From the NCBI GenBank assembly GCA_963845535.1, contig CAWJSK010000019.1:288001-352000 (forward strand): a stretch of DNA of 64,000 nt, written 5' to 3'. The notes beneath the pieces are model-generated. The model saw nothing but the letters and a program-made list of their open reading frames with translations. It did no database searches and had not been told where the DNA came from. Positions 28,961-37,895 of this stretch are shown here, one piece after another (position 1 is the first letter of the stretch; the number at the start of each line of letters is the position of its first letter). A program made the translations under genes and the position numbers. The DNA comes from an uncultured Spirochaetota bacterium (lineage in GTDB: Bacteria; Spirochaetota; Spirochaetia; SZUA-6; Fen-1364).

Positions 28961-30489
28961 GACGATGCCACCGGCGCGGCGGTCGTCAGGTCGCTTCCCG
29001 CCATCAGAAGCCCGATCTGCTCCCGCGTGAGAACGCCCGCTTCGAAGGGTCCCACGATCCGCCCACGGTACATGACGATGATCCGGTCCGCGAGCGCCAT
29101 GACCTCGTCGAGCTCCGCCGAGATCAGCAGAATGGCCACGCCCGCGTCCCGGGCCGCCACCAGCCGGCTATGGACGTACTCGATGGACCCGATGTCCAGC
29201 CCTCGCGTCGGCTGCGCCGCCACAATGAGCTTGAGGGCTCGCGGCAGCTCGCGCGCGACGATCACCTTCTGCTGGTTGCCTCCCGAAAGAGTGCGCACCT
29301 GCACGTTGATGGAAGGCGCGCGGATATCGAAATCGGAAAGCCGCTGCACGGCGACCCGGTTGATCGTTGCCCAGTCGAGCGCGCCACGGTGCGAATAGGG
29401 AGCGGCGTCGTGTACGTCGAGGACGAGGTTCTCCGCGATCGTGAAATCGCCGACCAGCCCGTCCTTCTGGCGGTCCTCGGGGATGTTCGCGACTCCCGCC
29501 CGGAGGAACTGCCACGGCGAGGCCCCCGTCAGGTCGACGTCCGCCACGCGGATGGAACCGTCCACCACCGTCGCGAGACCGGTGACCGCTTCCGCCACTT
29601 CCGTCTGCCCGTTGCCCTGCACACCCGCGATGGCCACGATTTCTCCGGCGCGGACGGTGAACGAGACGCCTTCAACGGCGACCCGGCCCGACTGGTCGAT
29701 GACGGTGAGGCCGCGCGTCTCGAGTACGGCGTTCCCGGGCTTGGCCGGCGCTTTTTTCACCTGGAGCTCCACGCCCCTCCCGACCATCAGGGAGGCGAGC
29801 TGCGCTTCGCTCGTTTCCGCCGGCCGGGTCGTGCCCACCGCCTTACCGAGCCGGATCACGGTGATCCGGTCTGCGATGGCAAGCACTTCCTTCAGCTTGT
29901 GGGTTATGAAGAGGATGGTGCGCCCGGAAGACCGCAAGCGCCGCATCGCGGTGAACAGCTCGTCAGTCTCCTGGGGAGTCAGAACGGCGGTGGGCTCGTC
30001 CAGGATGAGAAGGTGGGCGTCGCGGGCCAACGCTTTCACGATTTCCACCCGCTGCTGCTGACCCACGGACAGCTCGGCGACGACGGCCTCGGGATCCACC
30101 TCCAGCCCGAAGCGCTGGGACATCTCCCTGATCTCGGCGTTCGCGCGCTTGCGGTCCAGGAACCCGAACCGGCGAGTCTGCTCGAAGCCGAGCATGATGT
30201 TCTCCGCGACGGTGAAGGCCGGTATCAGCATGAAGTTCTGGTGCACCATGCCGATGCCGGCCTGGATGGCCTCACCGGGGTTCAGGAAGCGGACCGGCTC
30301 CCCGTTGACCAGGATCCTCCCCCCGTCCGGCCTGTAGAGGCCGCTCAGGACGTTCATGAGAGTGGTCTTACCGGCCCCGTTTTCGCCGAGGAGGGCGAGT
30401 ATCTCGCCCTCCTCGGCGGTCAGATCAATTCCGTCATTGGCGAGCAGGTCGCCAAAACGCTTTGTGATTCCTTGAAGCTCGAGTCGCAT
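28957..30489 (-). CDS. Nucleoside/simple-sugar ABC ATP-binding protein (NupA/NupO-like)
   Basis: GENGAGKTTL, LSVGQQQRVEI, DEPTAVLTPQE, LSGGNQQK and QPTRGLD. Confidence 0.9.
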   Translation of the reverse strand: MRLELQGITKRFGDLLANDGIDLTAEEGEILALLGENGAGKTTLMNVLSGLYRPDGGRILVNGEPVRFLNPGEAIQAGIGMVHQNFMLIPAFTVAENIMLGFEQTRRFGFLDRKRANAEIREMSQRFGLEVDPEAVVAELSVGQQQRVEIVKALARDAHLLILDEPTAVLTPQETDELFTAMRRLRSSGRTILFITHKLKEVLAIADRITVIRLGKAVGTTRPAETSEAQLASLMVGRGVELQVKKAPAKPGNAVLETRGLTVIDQSGRVAVEGVSFTVRAGEIVAIAGVQGNGQTEVAEAVTGLATVVDGSIRVADVDLTGASPWQFLRAGVANIPEDRQKDGLVGDFTIAENLVLDVHDAAPYSHRGALDWATINRVAVQRLSDFDIRAPSINVQVRTLSGGNQQKVIVARELPRALKLIVAAQPTRGLDIGSIEYVHSRLVAARDAGVAILLISAELDEVMALADRIIVMYRGRIVGPFEAGVLTREQIGLLMAGSDLTTAAPVASS

Positions 30490-30506
30490 CCCGCCTCGGG
30501 CTTCGG

Positions 30507-31556
30507 TTACGGCGCCGGGTAGGACTTGGGATCCACCGAGAGGGTGCCGGCGATGATCTCCTGCTTCGCCGCCTCGATGGCTTTCTTCACCTTTGCCGGT
30601 ATCTTGCTTTCGAAGTCGTGATACGGGGCGATGCTGACTCCGCCGTTCGCCAGTGTGCCGACATAGTTGCCGCCCTGGAACGTGCCCTTCAGGACCTCGA
30701 GAGTCGCGTCCCTGACGGAGACGTCGATCCCTTTCACGACGCTCGTGAGCAGAAGGCTGCCGTACTGGGGCGCCGAGATGAACCCGTCCGTGTCAACCCA
30801 GATCAGGTACGCCGGCTTTTTCGGCGTCGCAGCGTTGTGCTGCTGGACCGCCGCGGCGGCTCCCAGCCCGACGGAGCCCGCGACCGGGAGGATGATGTCA
30901 GCTCCCTGGTTCATCAGGGTCTCGGTCACCGTCTTGCCCTTTGCCTGGTTGGTGAAATCGTTGGTGAAGGTTCCCTGAGCTCCGTCCCAGCCGAGCACCT
31001 GGACCTTCGTCTTGTTCTTCTGGTTGTAGTAGCGCGTGCCGGCGACAAAACCGTTCATGAAGATGGTGACGGTCGGGATGTTCATTCCCCCGAAGGTCCC
31101 CACTTTGCCCGTCTTGGTCATGGCCGCCGCCAGATACCCCGCCAGGAACCCAGCCTGGTCTGTCTGGTAGGTCAGGGCAAGGACGTTCGGAATGGCCGGG
31201 TCATACGAGTAGTCCACGATGGCGAACTTCTGGTCCGGATTGGCCTTCGCCGCGCTGGCTGTGTCATCTCCCATCAGGAAGCCGACCGTTACGATGAGGT
31301 CCGCCTTGCGGTCGATGAACTGCTGGATATTGGGCACGTAGTCACTCTGGTTGGTCGACTGCAGGTACTGAATCTGGAGCGGGTTGCCGACCTGCGCGAG
31401 CTGCAGTCCCTTCCACGCAGACGCGTTGAACGACCGGTCGTCGATTCCGCCGGTATCAGTGACAACACCGGCAAACATGTTGTCGGCGAAGGCGGCGGTG
31501 GCGCAGATCGCAAACGCGACCACGAGCACCAACGCGAAGACTGAAGATCTTCTCAT
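30507..31556 (-). CDS. BMP/PnrA-family substrate-binding protein (probably purine nucleoside)
   Basis: DTGGIDDRSFN, VGF, GFLAGYLAA, GADIILPVAG and IWVDTD; RBS GGAGG. Confidence 0.88.
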   Translation of the reverse strand: MRRSSVFALVLVVAFAICATAAFADNMFAGVVTDTGGIDDRSFNASAWKGLQLAQVGNPLQIQYLQSTNQSDYVPNIQQFIDRKADLIVTVGFLMGDDTASAAKANPDQKFAIVDYSYDPAIPNVLALTYQTDQAGFLAGYLAAAMTKTGKVGTFGGMNIPTVTIFMNGFVAGTRYYNQKNKTKVQVLGWDGAQGTFTNDFTNQAKGKTVTETLMNQGADIILPVAGSVGLGAAAAVQQHNAATPKKPAYLIWVDTDGFISAPQYGSLLLTSVVKGIDVSVRDATLEVLKGTFQGGNYVGTLANGGVSIAPYHDFESKIPAKVKKAIEAAKQEIIAGTLSVDPKSYPAP

Positions 31557-31591
31557 ATCGTGTCCTCCCTTAACTGATTTCGGTCGAACGG

Positions 31592-31621
31592 ATTCTACGG
31601 CCCTAAGCCGGCAGTTGTCAA
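31592..31621 (-). promoter_or_regulatory. Putative sigma70 promoter of the BMP operon
   Basis: Minus strand TTGACA-N18-TAGAAT. Confidence 0.65.
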
Positions 31622-31704
31622 TTGCATCGTCCAGCAACCACCCTCGCGAGCGCGGCGCCCTTGCGGGTGTTGCCGTAGGCATGTGACCGCACTGCAAGGG
31701 GAAG

Positions 31705-33753
31705 TCAAGGCTTTTCGAGTCGCTGCAAGAACTCATCCTCGGAAACGATCGAGATGCCCAGCTTTTTCGCCTTTTCGAGCTTGCTGCCGGCGCTTTCGCC
31801 GGCGAGGAGATGCGTCGTTTTTGACGTCACGCTGTCGGTGACCCGTCCGCCCCGCTTCTTGACCTCTTCCATGGCAATTTCGCGCGGCTTGAAACGCTGG
31901 AAGCTTCCCGTGACGCACCAGGTCTGGCCGGCAAAAATCCGCGGGAGGCTCGACAGGGCTTTCGTCTTCTTCTCCGCGAAAGAGAGCCCGGCCGCGCGGA
32001 GACGCTTGATCCGCCTCTGCACCTCGGGTCTGCGAAGCTCGCTGAGGAGGACCTCCGCCGTGCGCTCGCCGATCCCGTGGATTTCCAGAAGCGGCGCCGG
32101 GTCTTCCGCCTCGGCAAGCTTCAAGAGTGAATCGATGTCGGAGTATCCCGCGTTGATGAGGAGCTCCGTGACCTTTTGCCCGATCTCGGGGATCCCCAGG
32201 GACGGAAAGACGACGTGGAACGGCAGCTTCTTGCTCTTATCGATCCCTTCGCGTATTCCGGCGACTTTTTTCTCACCGAATCCCGGCAGCTCAATGAGCC
32301 GGGCCGGGTCGAACGAATAGATGTCATCGATGTCGTGAATGAGATCGTTCTTGAGAAGAGCGTCGATGGTCTCCGGCCCCAGGCCTTCGATGTCCATCTG
32401 GCCGCGGCCGACGAAGAAGTTCAGCCTGCCCCTCACCTGGTCGGGACAGGACGGGTTCACGCAGAAATGATGCGCGCCTTGTTTGGCCAGGCGTGAAGAG
32501 CAAGAGGGGCACGTGTCGGGAAGCTTCCACGTGCTTGCCCCGTTCTCGTTCTTCTCCAACACGCGTTCGACGGCCGGGATGACGTCCCCGCGCCGGGAGA
32601 CCGCCACCTTGTCTCCCACGGCCAGCTCCAGCATGTCGATGTATTCCTGGTTGTGCAGCGTGACGTTTGAAATCGTGGCGCCTCCTATGCGCACCGGCTC
32701 CACGCGCGCCACGGGTGTGATCCTTCCCGTCCTCCCCACCTGCGTCTCGATGGCTTTCACTGTCGTTGCGCCTTCGGGAGACTCGAACTTGAAGGCAATG
32801 GCCCACCGCGGATGGTGCCCCGTGTAGCCCAGCGCGTCGCGGGCGGCAATCTCGTTGACCTTTGCCACCACTCCGTCGATCTCATAGTCCAGGGATTCGC
32901 GCGCGCCGCGCTCCTCCTCGAGGAAGCCGGCCATGTCTCGCGTGCCGCCGGTGCGCCACTGAGGGTGGCGGCCGCGCACCTCCGCGAGCTCCGTGCCATC
33001 GGAGAAGTACCCGATCCGTGGATTGAGCCGGAACCCCAGCTCTTCCAGGAGCTCCAGCGTTTGCCGGTGAGTCCCGAGGGGCGGGTCGAAAAAACCCTCA
33101 TACACGAAGATCGAAAGAGGCACCCCGGCAACCTCGCCGCTCTTGACCCTTCGGAGCGTGCCCGAGGCGAGGTTTCGCGGGTTCGCGTATGGCTCTTCCA
33201 TCTTCGCATTGATGGTCGAAAAGAGGCTCTTGGGCAGGAAGATCTCACCGCGGGCCGCCACGGTACGGGCTTTCGACAGGCGCAGCGGGACGGTCCGAAT
33301 CGTTTTCACGTTTGCGGTGACATCGTTGCCCACGAGGCCGTTGCCGCGCGTGACCGCCCGTGTGAGCAAACCGTCAATGTAATACAGCACGATTGATGCG
33401 CCGTCGATCTTCTCCTCGCAGATGTAGGAGAGGCTTCGAGCCGCGTTGCGGCCGGTCTTTTCGGCCCACTCGGCCAGCTCCGAAGCCGTGTACGCCTTGT
33501 CGAGGCTGAGCACGGGAATGGTATGCGCGACTTCGGGAAGGTCCTGGCTGAGATCCGAGCCGACCCGGCGGGTGGGGGAGTCAGGCAGCACAAGGTCGGG
33601 AAAACGGCTTTCAATGGTAACCAGCTCGTCATACAGCGTGTCATACTCGCGGTCCGACACGAGCGGCCGGGAATCCACGTAGTAAGCGCGCTGGTATTGG
33701 CCCAGGAGGCGGACAAGCTCGCGGGCCCGCTTCTCCGCGTCCCTTCGGGTCAT
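31705..33753 (-). CDS. ligA: NAD-dependent DNA ligase
   Basis: KIDG, TRGNG, ANPRN, PRWAIAFKF, GRTGRITP, four-Cys zinc finger and BRCT domain. Confidence 0.97.
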   Translation of the reverse strand: MTRRDAEKRARELVRLLGQYQRAYYVDSRPLVSDREYDTLYDELVTIESRFPDLVLPDSPTRRVGSDLSQDLPEVAHTIPVLSLDKAYTASELAEWAEKTGRNAARSLSYICEEKIDGASIVLYYIDGLLTRAVTRGNGLVGNDVTANVKTIRTVPLRLSKARTVAARGEIFLPKSLFSTINAKMEEPYANPRNLASGTLRRVKSGEVAGVPLSIFVYEGFFDPPLGTHRQTLELLEELGFRLNPRIGYFSDGTELAEVRGRHPQWRTGGTRDMAGFLEEERGARESLDYEIDGVVAKVNEIAARDALGYTGHHPRWAIAFKFESPEGATTVKAIETQVGRTGRITPVARVEPVRIGGATISNVTLHNQEYIDMLELAVGDKVAVSRRGDVIPAVERVLEKNENGASTWKLPDTCPSCSSRLAKQGAHHFCVNPSCPDQVRGRLNFFVGRGQMDIEGLGPETIDALLKNDLIHDIDDIYSFDPARLIELPGFGEKKVAGIREGIDKSKKLPFHVVFPSLGIPEIGQKVTELLINAGYSDIDSLLKLAEAEDPAPLLEIHGIGERTAEVLLSELRRPEVQRRIKRLRAAGLSFAEKKTKALSSLPRIFAGQTWCVTGSFQRFKPREIAMEEVKKRGGRVTDSVTSKTTHLLAGESAGSKLEKAKKLGISIVSEDEFLQRLEKP

Positions 33754-33762
33754 GGCCCCGTT

Positions 33763-35025
33763 CTACTCCCGGCGGACAAAGGCGTCGCGGAAGCCTTTGA
33801 ACTTGAACACGGGAAGGAGCGTGCCGCTTTCGGCTTTGTTCAACGGGCCGATCAGCACCCTGTACATCTGCTTTGCCCCGGAGGCGGGGGCAAGGACGAG
33901 GACCGGATACGTCTGCATCAGGCTCACGGCCAGCCCCTGAGCCACTTCCTGCGTCGCGTAGGCGCCGAGCTGGACGTAGAACGTGGCCGTGTTTTTCTTT
34001 CCGGTGAGCCTGGGCAGGGATGAGACAACCTGCGCCTGCCCCGGCTGTCTTTCCGGCGTCGCCTGAGTCACCGGCGCGCTGGTTGGCTGCTCCGCGGGCG
34101 TCTGCGGCGGGTTGAGCGCCACCTGCGCGCCCGCTTCCGGCTGGCTGGGCTGCGCCGCCGAAGACGCGGCTTCCTGCGGCGTTGGCTGCTGCTGCGGCTG
34201 AGCTTCAGCCAGCGGGACTTGGGATTGCGCGCCGGAAGGGCTCGCGGTTTCTCCGGACACGGATGGCGTTTCCCCCTGGGCCGGCTGCGTCGGCGCCTCC
34301 GCCGCCGACGCGGTCTGCTCAGGCGTTGACGGTTTGTACGCGAACTTCTGGTCCTCACGCGGCGGGAGGAAAAGCTGCTTCTGCGGGTTTCGCGAAGCCG
34401 CCTCCGCGAGGATCTCTGCATCCTCGGCGGACTGCGCCGCGGCGGGCGGCTGCTGTGCCTGGGCCGCGGATTGCGGCTGCGCGGCGGGCTGCTGGGCTTG
34501 CGCCGCGGATTGCTGATCCTGCGCGGACGGCTGCTGCCCGGCGGACTGCTGGGCTTGCCCGGCCGCCTGCTGGTCTTGCGCACCGGTTTGTTGTGCCGTG
34601 CCCGGCGCGCCTGCGTATGCTGCGCCGGGGTTCACGTCCGAATCCGGGTTATACGTGCCTTCAGGAGCCGCGCTGGCTCCGGTGGATGCTGCTTGCTGCT
34701 GCACGGTGACCCGCACCTGGGTGATGCTGCCCGGGGCAATCCCCACGGCGTCGGCTGCTTTCGGGGAAAGGAGGATCAGCAGGCCCGACTGGTCGTCCGT
34801 GCGCTGGCTCACCGTGACGATTGCGCTCTTGCCGTTCTCGAGGTTCTGGACTTTCAGCCGCGTGTCAGGAGGGAAGGAGTTCGACGCCGCGTAGAGACCG
34901 CTCTCGAACGCGGCATCCCCTCTCTGCACGGCGGCATTCCCGTCCCAATAGCTGTCCGCGGACGCGAGACAGGGGGTCATGAGAAAGGGGATCATGAGGA
35001 GGCAAAGGATAACCCATCTCTTCAT
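33763..35025 (-). CDS. Exported SPOR-domain protein with RlpA-like N-terminus and Q/A/P-rich linker
   Basis: Signal peptide; AASNSFPPDTRLKVQNLENGKSAIVTV...LSPKAADAVG; C-terminal YVQLGAY...YRVLIGPL...DAFVR. Confidence 0.8.
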   Translation of the reverse strand: MKRWVILCLLMIPFLMTPCLASADSYWDGNAAVQRGDAAFESGLYAASNSFPPDTRLKVQNLENGKSAIVTVSQRTDDQSGLLILLSPKAADAVGIAPGSITQVRVTVQQQAASTGASAAPEGTYNPDSDVNPGAAYAGAPGTAQQTGAQDQQAAGQAQQSAGQQPSAQDQQSAAQAQQPAAQPQSAAQAQQPPAAAQSAEDAEILAEAASRNPQKQLFLPPREDQKFAYKPSTPEQTASAAEAPTQPAQGETPSVSGETASPSGAQSQVPLAEAQPQQQPTPQEAASSAAQPSQPEAGAQVALNPPQTPAEQPTSAPVTQATPERQPGQAQVVSSLPRLTGKKNTATFYVQLGAYATQEVAQGLAVSLMQTYPVLVLAPASGAKQMYRVLIGPLNKAESGTLLPVFKFKGFRDAFVRRE

Positions 35026-35220
35026 TGCGATCATGCTCCCTACGAGGCAATTACTTGCCGCACATTTCCTCACATTCATTTCTTCCATAATCATCGGAAA
35101 AACGGGCGCGCTCGTGAGACAAGATTTCACTCTCCCCGGTCTCGTCTCTTCCATAGTAGCAGAGTCCGTTCAGTATGACGACAGTGACGGCAGCGGCCCG
35201 CTGCGCCCCCGCGATGCGCC

Positions 35221-35727
35221 CTAGAGCGGTTGAGCAAGCGCCTTTGCGACCTTCTGGGATATCAGCTTGCCAAGCTCAACTCCCAGGGCAGCGCGGTCCG
35301 TGCTCTTCTCCCGTCCGGCATTGGTGGCGGAAACCTTGTCGGACAGGGATGTGGACCCGCTCTCCGTGTTGACGAGGGAGAACGTGGCTGAGCACGCGAC
35401 GCGGACCTGATCGTTCTCCACCTTCGTCTGGGTGTAGGCCACCGTGATCCTGAGGAGCCACCCCGCCCTGCCTTCGCGCGCAATCTCGGCAAGGTCAACC
35501 GCGCGCGCCGTGTCGCCGGCCTTCCCGGCGTCGAACACGATGTGTCCCGCCTCGAAGAGGCCGGTGGACACGCCCTCCACGCTGGGAAGGGGCGGCTCAC
35601 TCGGCGTTCCGTCCACGGTTTCCCGCACGGCGATCATGACGGTTTCCGCGTCAAGCGCACCGGCGGCAAGCACCGTCAGTATGACGGACAGCAGGCTGAC
35701 AAGCGTGATCCTTTGTGTTCGTGACAT
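35221..35727 (-). CDS. Exported hypothetical protein
   Basis: 168-aa ORF with signal peptide and RBS GGAGGAG. Confidence 0.65.
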   Translation of the reverse strand: MSRTQRITLVSLLSVILTVLAAGALDAETVMIAVRETVDGTPSEPPLPSVEGVSTGLFEAGHIVFDAGKAGDTARAVDLAEIAREGRAGWLLRITVAYTQTKVENDQVRVACSATFSLVNTESGSTSLSDKVSATNAGREKSTDRAALGVELGKLISQKVAKALAQPL

Positions 35728-35817
35728 GGGAGCTCCTCCCCCTTAGTATATCGGCGGCCGGTCCCGGAAAACGACTCTTGATGGAGAGCGGTTGGCGGTG
35801 GTAGGTTCTCCGGCCAG

Positions 35818-36366
35818 ATGTCGTTCTTTGCGGTGCAGATCTGGACTGGAGACGAGGGGCGCTTCCTCACCATTGCCGCGCAGCGGGTCCGTGATGACGA
35901 AGTGAGGTTCTACTGGCCCCGGCGCAGCCTGCGGATCAAGCGCGGTGGCAAATGGAAAGAATCCCTGGCGCCGATATTCCCCGGGTACATGTTCATCCAG
36001 GCCGAATCCATACGGCCGGAGCTCTACGGGGTGCTGAGAGAGGCCCCCGGATTCCTCCGCTTCCTCCTTTCCAACGACAACATCGTCCCGCTGGAGCGCG
36101 CGGACCAGGCGCTCCTCAGCCACTTCCTGGGATTCGGCGAGATCGTGGACAAGTCGATGGTGTTCTTCGATGAGAACAAGCGGATCCGCGTGGTCTCGGG
36201 GCCCTTGAAAGGATTGGAGGGCAGGATCATCCGGGTGGATCGCAGGAAAGGCCGGGCCAAGGTGCGCCTGGAAATGTACCAGGATTCATTCGATATAGAC
36301 TTCGGGTTCGATTCCATGGAGGCCGCCCCGGAGAGGCCGGCGGAGCCTTCCGGACAGCTCGCCTGA
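35818..36366 (+). CDS. NusG-paralog antiterminator (LoaP/UpxY-like)
   Basis: FFAVQIWTGDE, PIFPGYMFI and KOW IRVVSGPLKGLEGRIIRVDRRKGRAKV. Confidence 0.88.
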   Translation: MSFFAVQIWTGDEGRFLTIAAQRVRDDEVRFYWPRRSLRIKRGGKWKESLAPIFPGYMFIQAESIRPELYGVLREAPGFLRFLLSNDNIVPLERADQALLSHFLGFGEIVDKSMVFFDENKRIRVVSGPLKGLEGRIIRVDRRKGRAKVRLEMYQDSFDIDFGFDSMEAAPERPAEPSGQLA

Positions 36367-36410
36367 TCTTATCGTCAATCTTTTTTGGGGGAATCCGACA
36401 TTCTTAGGTG

Positions 36411-37889
36411 ATGGCGGACGAATCCCGCAACAGCATCTACATTATCGGCGCCGGCCTCACCGGCACGACCCTGGCAGCGGAGATCCGCGCAAAGAGGATC
36501 TTCGGCCACGTGGTGGCATTCCTCGACGATGACCCCGCCAAGATCGGCCGGCGCGTCGACGAGATACCCATCCTCGGGCCCATCGAGGCCGTGGCCCGGA
36601 TCCTGAAGACGACCCCGGCCGACGAAGCCATCATCGCCATCCCCAGCGCCACGCGCGAGCAGCTTGCCAGGATCTACGCGATATTGAAGAAGGCCAAGTT
36701 CGCCCGCATCCGCATCGTCCCGCAGATTGCCCAGATCCTCGACGGCGAGGCTCATCTCATCCAGGCGCGCGAGATCGATCCCGAGGACTTCCTGGCACGA
36801 AGCCCGGTGCGCGTGAACTTGAAAAAGAGCCTCGCGTACATCCAGGGCAAGAGGGTGTTCGTGACGGGGGCGGGCGGGAGCATCGGTTCGGAAATCTGCC
36901 GCCAGCTCCTGGAAGGCAAGGCGGAAAGGCTGTACCTCTTCGGCCACGGGGAAAACAGCATCTACGAGATCGAGCGTGAGCTTCGCGTGCTGCAGGACGA
37001 GGGGGTCGGAGAGAAGGCGACCATCGTCCCCATCATCGGGGAGATCCAGGACAGGGACTACGTGCAGTTCATCCTTTCGCGGACCCGGACTGACGTGGTG
37101 TTCCACACCGCGGCCCACAAGCATGTCCCGCTCATGGAGGCCAACCCCGTCGAGGCCGTCAAGAACAACGTGTTCGGCACGAAAAACATTGTCGACGCCG
37201 CCCGCAAGGCCGGCGTGGAACGCTTCGTGCTCATCTCCACGGACAAGGCGGTCGAGCCCGCCAGCGTGTATGGGGCATCCAAGCTCCTTGCCGAGGAGAT
37301 CGTGCTGCGTGAGGGAAAAAACGGCCGCGCGTTCCTCGTCGTGCGTTTCGGCAACGTGCTGGGGTCGAGCGGCAGCATCCTCCCGCTTTTTCGAAAGCAG
37401 ATCCTGAAAGGCGGTCCGGTCACCATAACCCATCCTGAGATGCGCCGCTTCTTCATGACGATCCCCGAGGCTTCATCCCTCGTGCTGAAAGCCGGCGGGG
37501 TCGGGGCTGGCGGGGAAGTCTACCTGCTCGACATGGGGGAGGCCGTCTCCATCAAGGAGCTTGCCGAGCAGATGATTCGATTCTACGGCTACGAGCCCGA
37601 CTCCGACGTGAAGCTCGTCTACACGGGCCTGCGCCGGGGGGAGAAGCTCCTGGAAAAACTGCACGCGGATACGGAAGTCACGGAGTCCACCGGCCAACCC
37701 AAGATCCTCAAGCTCCAGAGGAAGACGCTCATCAACGGCAGGATCACCTCCGTGCTGGAAAGGCTGCGGCCCGTATGTTTCCATGATCCGCAGTCCCCCG
37801 CGTCTTTCCGCAACAAGCGATGCCTGCGGGCCATCCTCCAGGAGGTCATCCCGGGGATCGAGCTTGCCCCCGACGAGCCGGAGTTCTAA
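36411..37889 (+). CDS. UDP-sugar 4,6-dehydratase, CapD/PglF family, lacking N-terminal TM domain
   Basis: TGAGGSIGSEI, HTAAHKHVP, ISTDKAV, RFGNVLGS, RFFMTIPEA and GEKL. Confidence 0.9.
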   Translation: MADESRNSIYIIGAGLTGTTLAAEIRAKRIFGHVVAFLDDDPAKIGRRVDEIPILGPIEAVARILKTTPADEAIIAIPSATREQLARIYAILKKAKFARIRIVPQIAQILDGEAHLIQAREIDPEDFLARSPVRVNLKKSLAYIQGKRVFVTGAGGSIGSEICRQLLEGKAERLYLFGHGENSIYEIERELRVLQDEGVGEKATIVPIIGEIQDRDYVQFILSRTRTDVVFHTAAHKHVPLMEANPVEAVKNNVFGTKNIVDAARKAGVERFVLISTDKAVEPASVYGASKLLAEEIVLREGKNGRAFLVVRFGNVLGSSGSILPLFRKQILKGGPVTITHPEMRRFFMTIPEASSLVLKAGGVGAGGEVYLLDMGEAVSIKELAEQMIRFYGYEPDSDVKLVYTGLRRGEKLLEKLHADTEVTESTGQPKILKLQRKTLINGRITSVLERLRPVCFHDPQSPASFRNKRCLRAILQEVIPGIELAPDEPEF

Positions 37890-37895
37890 AGACCC

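Noticed and set aside
31557..31704. Purine or c-di-GMP riboswitch upstream of the BMP gene
   Set aside because: Core consensus nucleotides are not found, and the predicted promoter leaves only a short leader
34425..34600. Repetitive DNA as a possible CRISPR array
   Set aside because: Coding Gln/Ala low-complexity repeats with no repeat-spacer pattern and no cas genes
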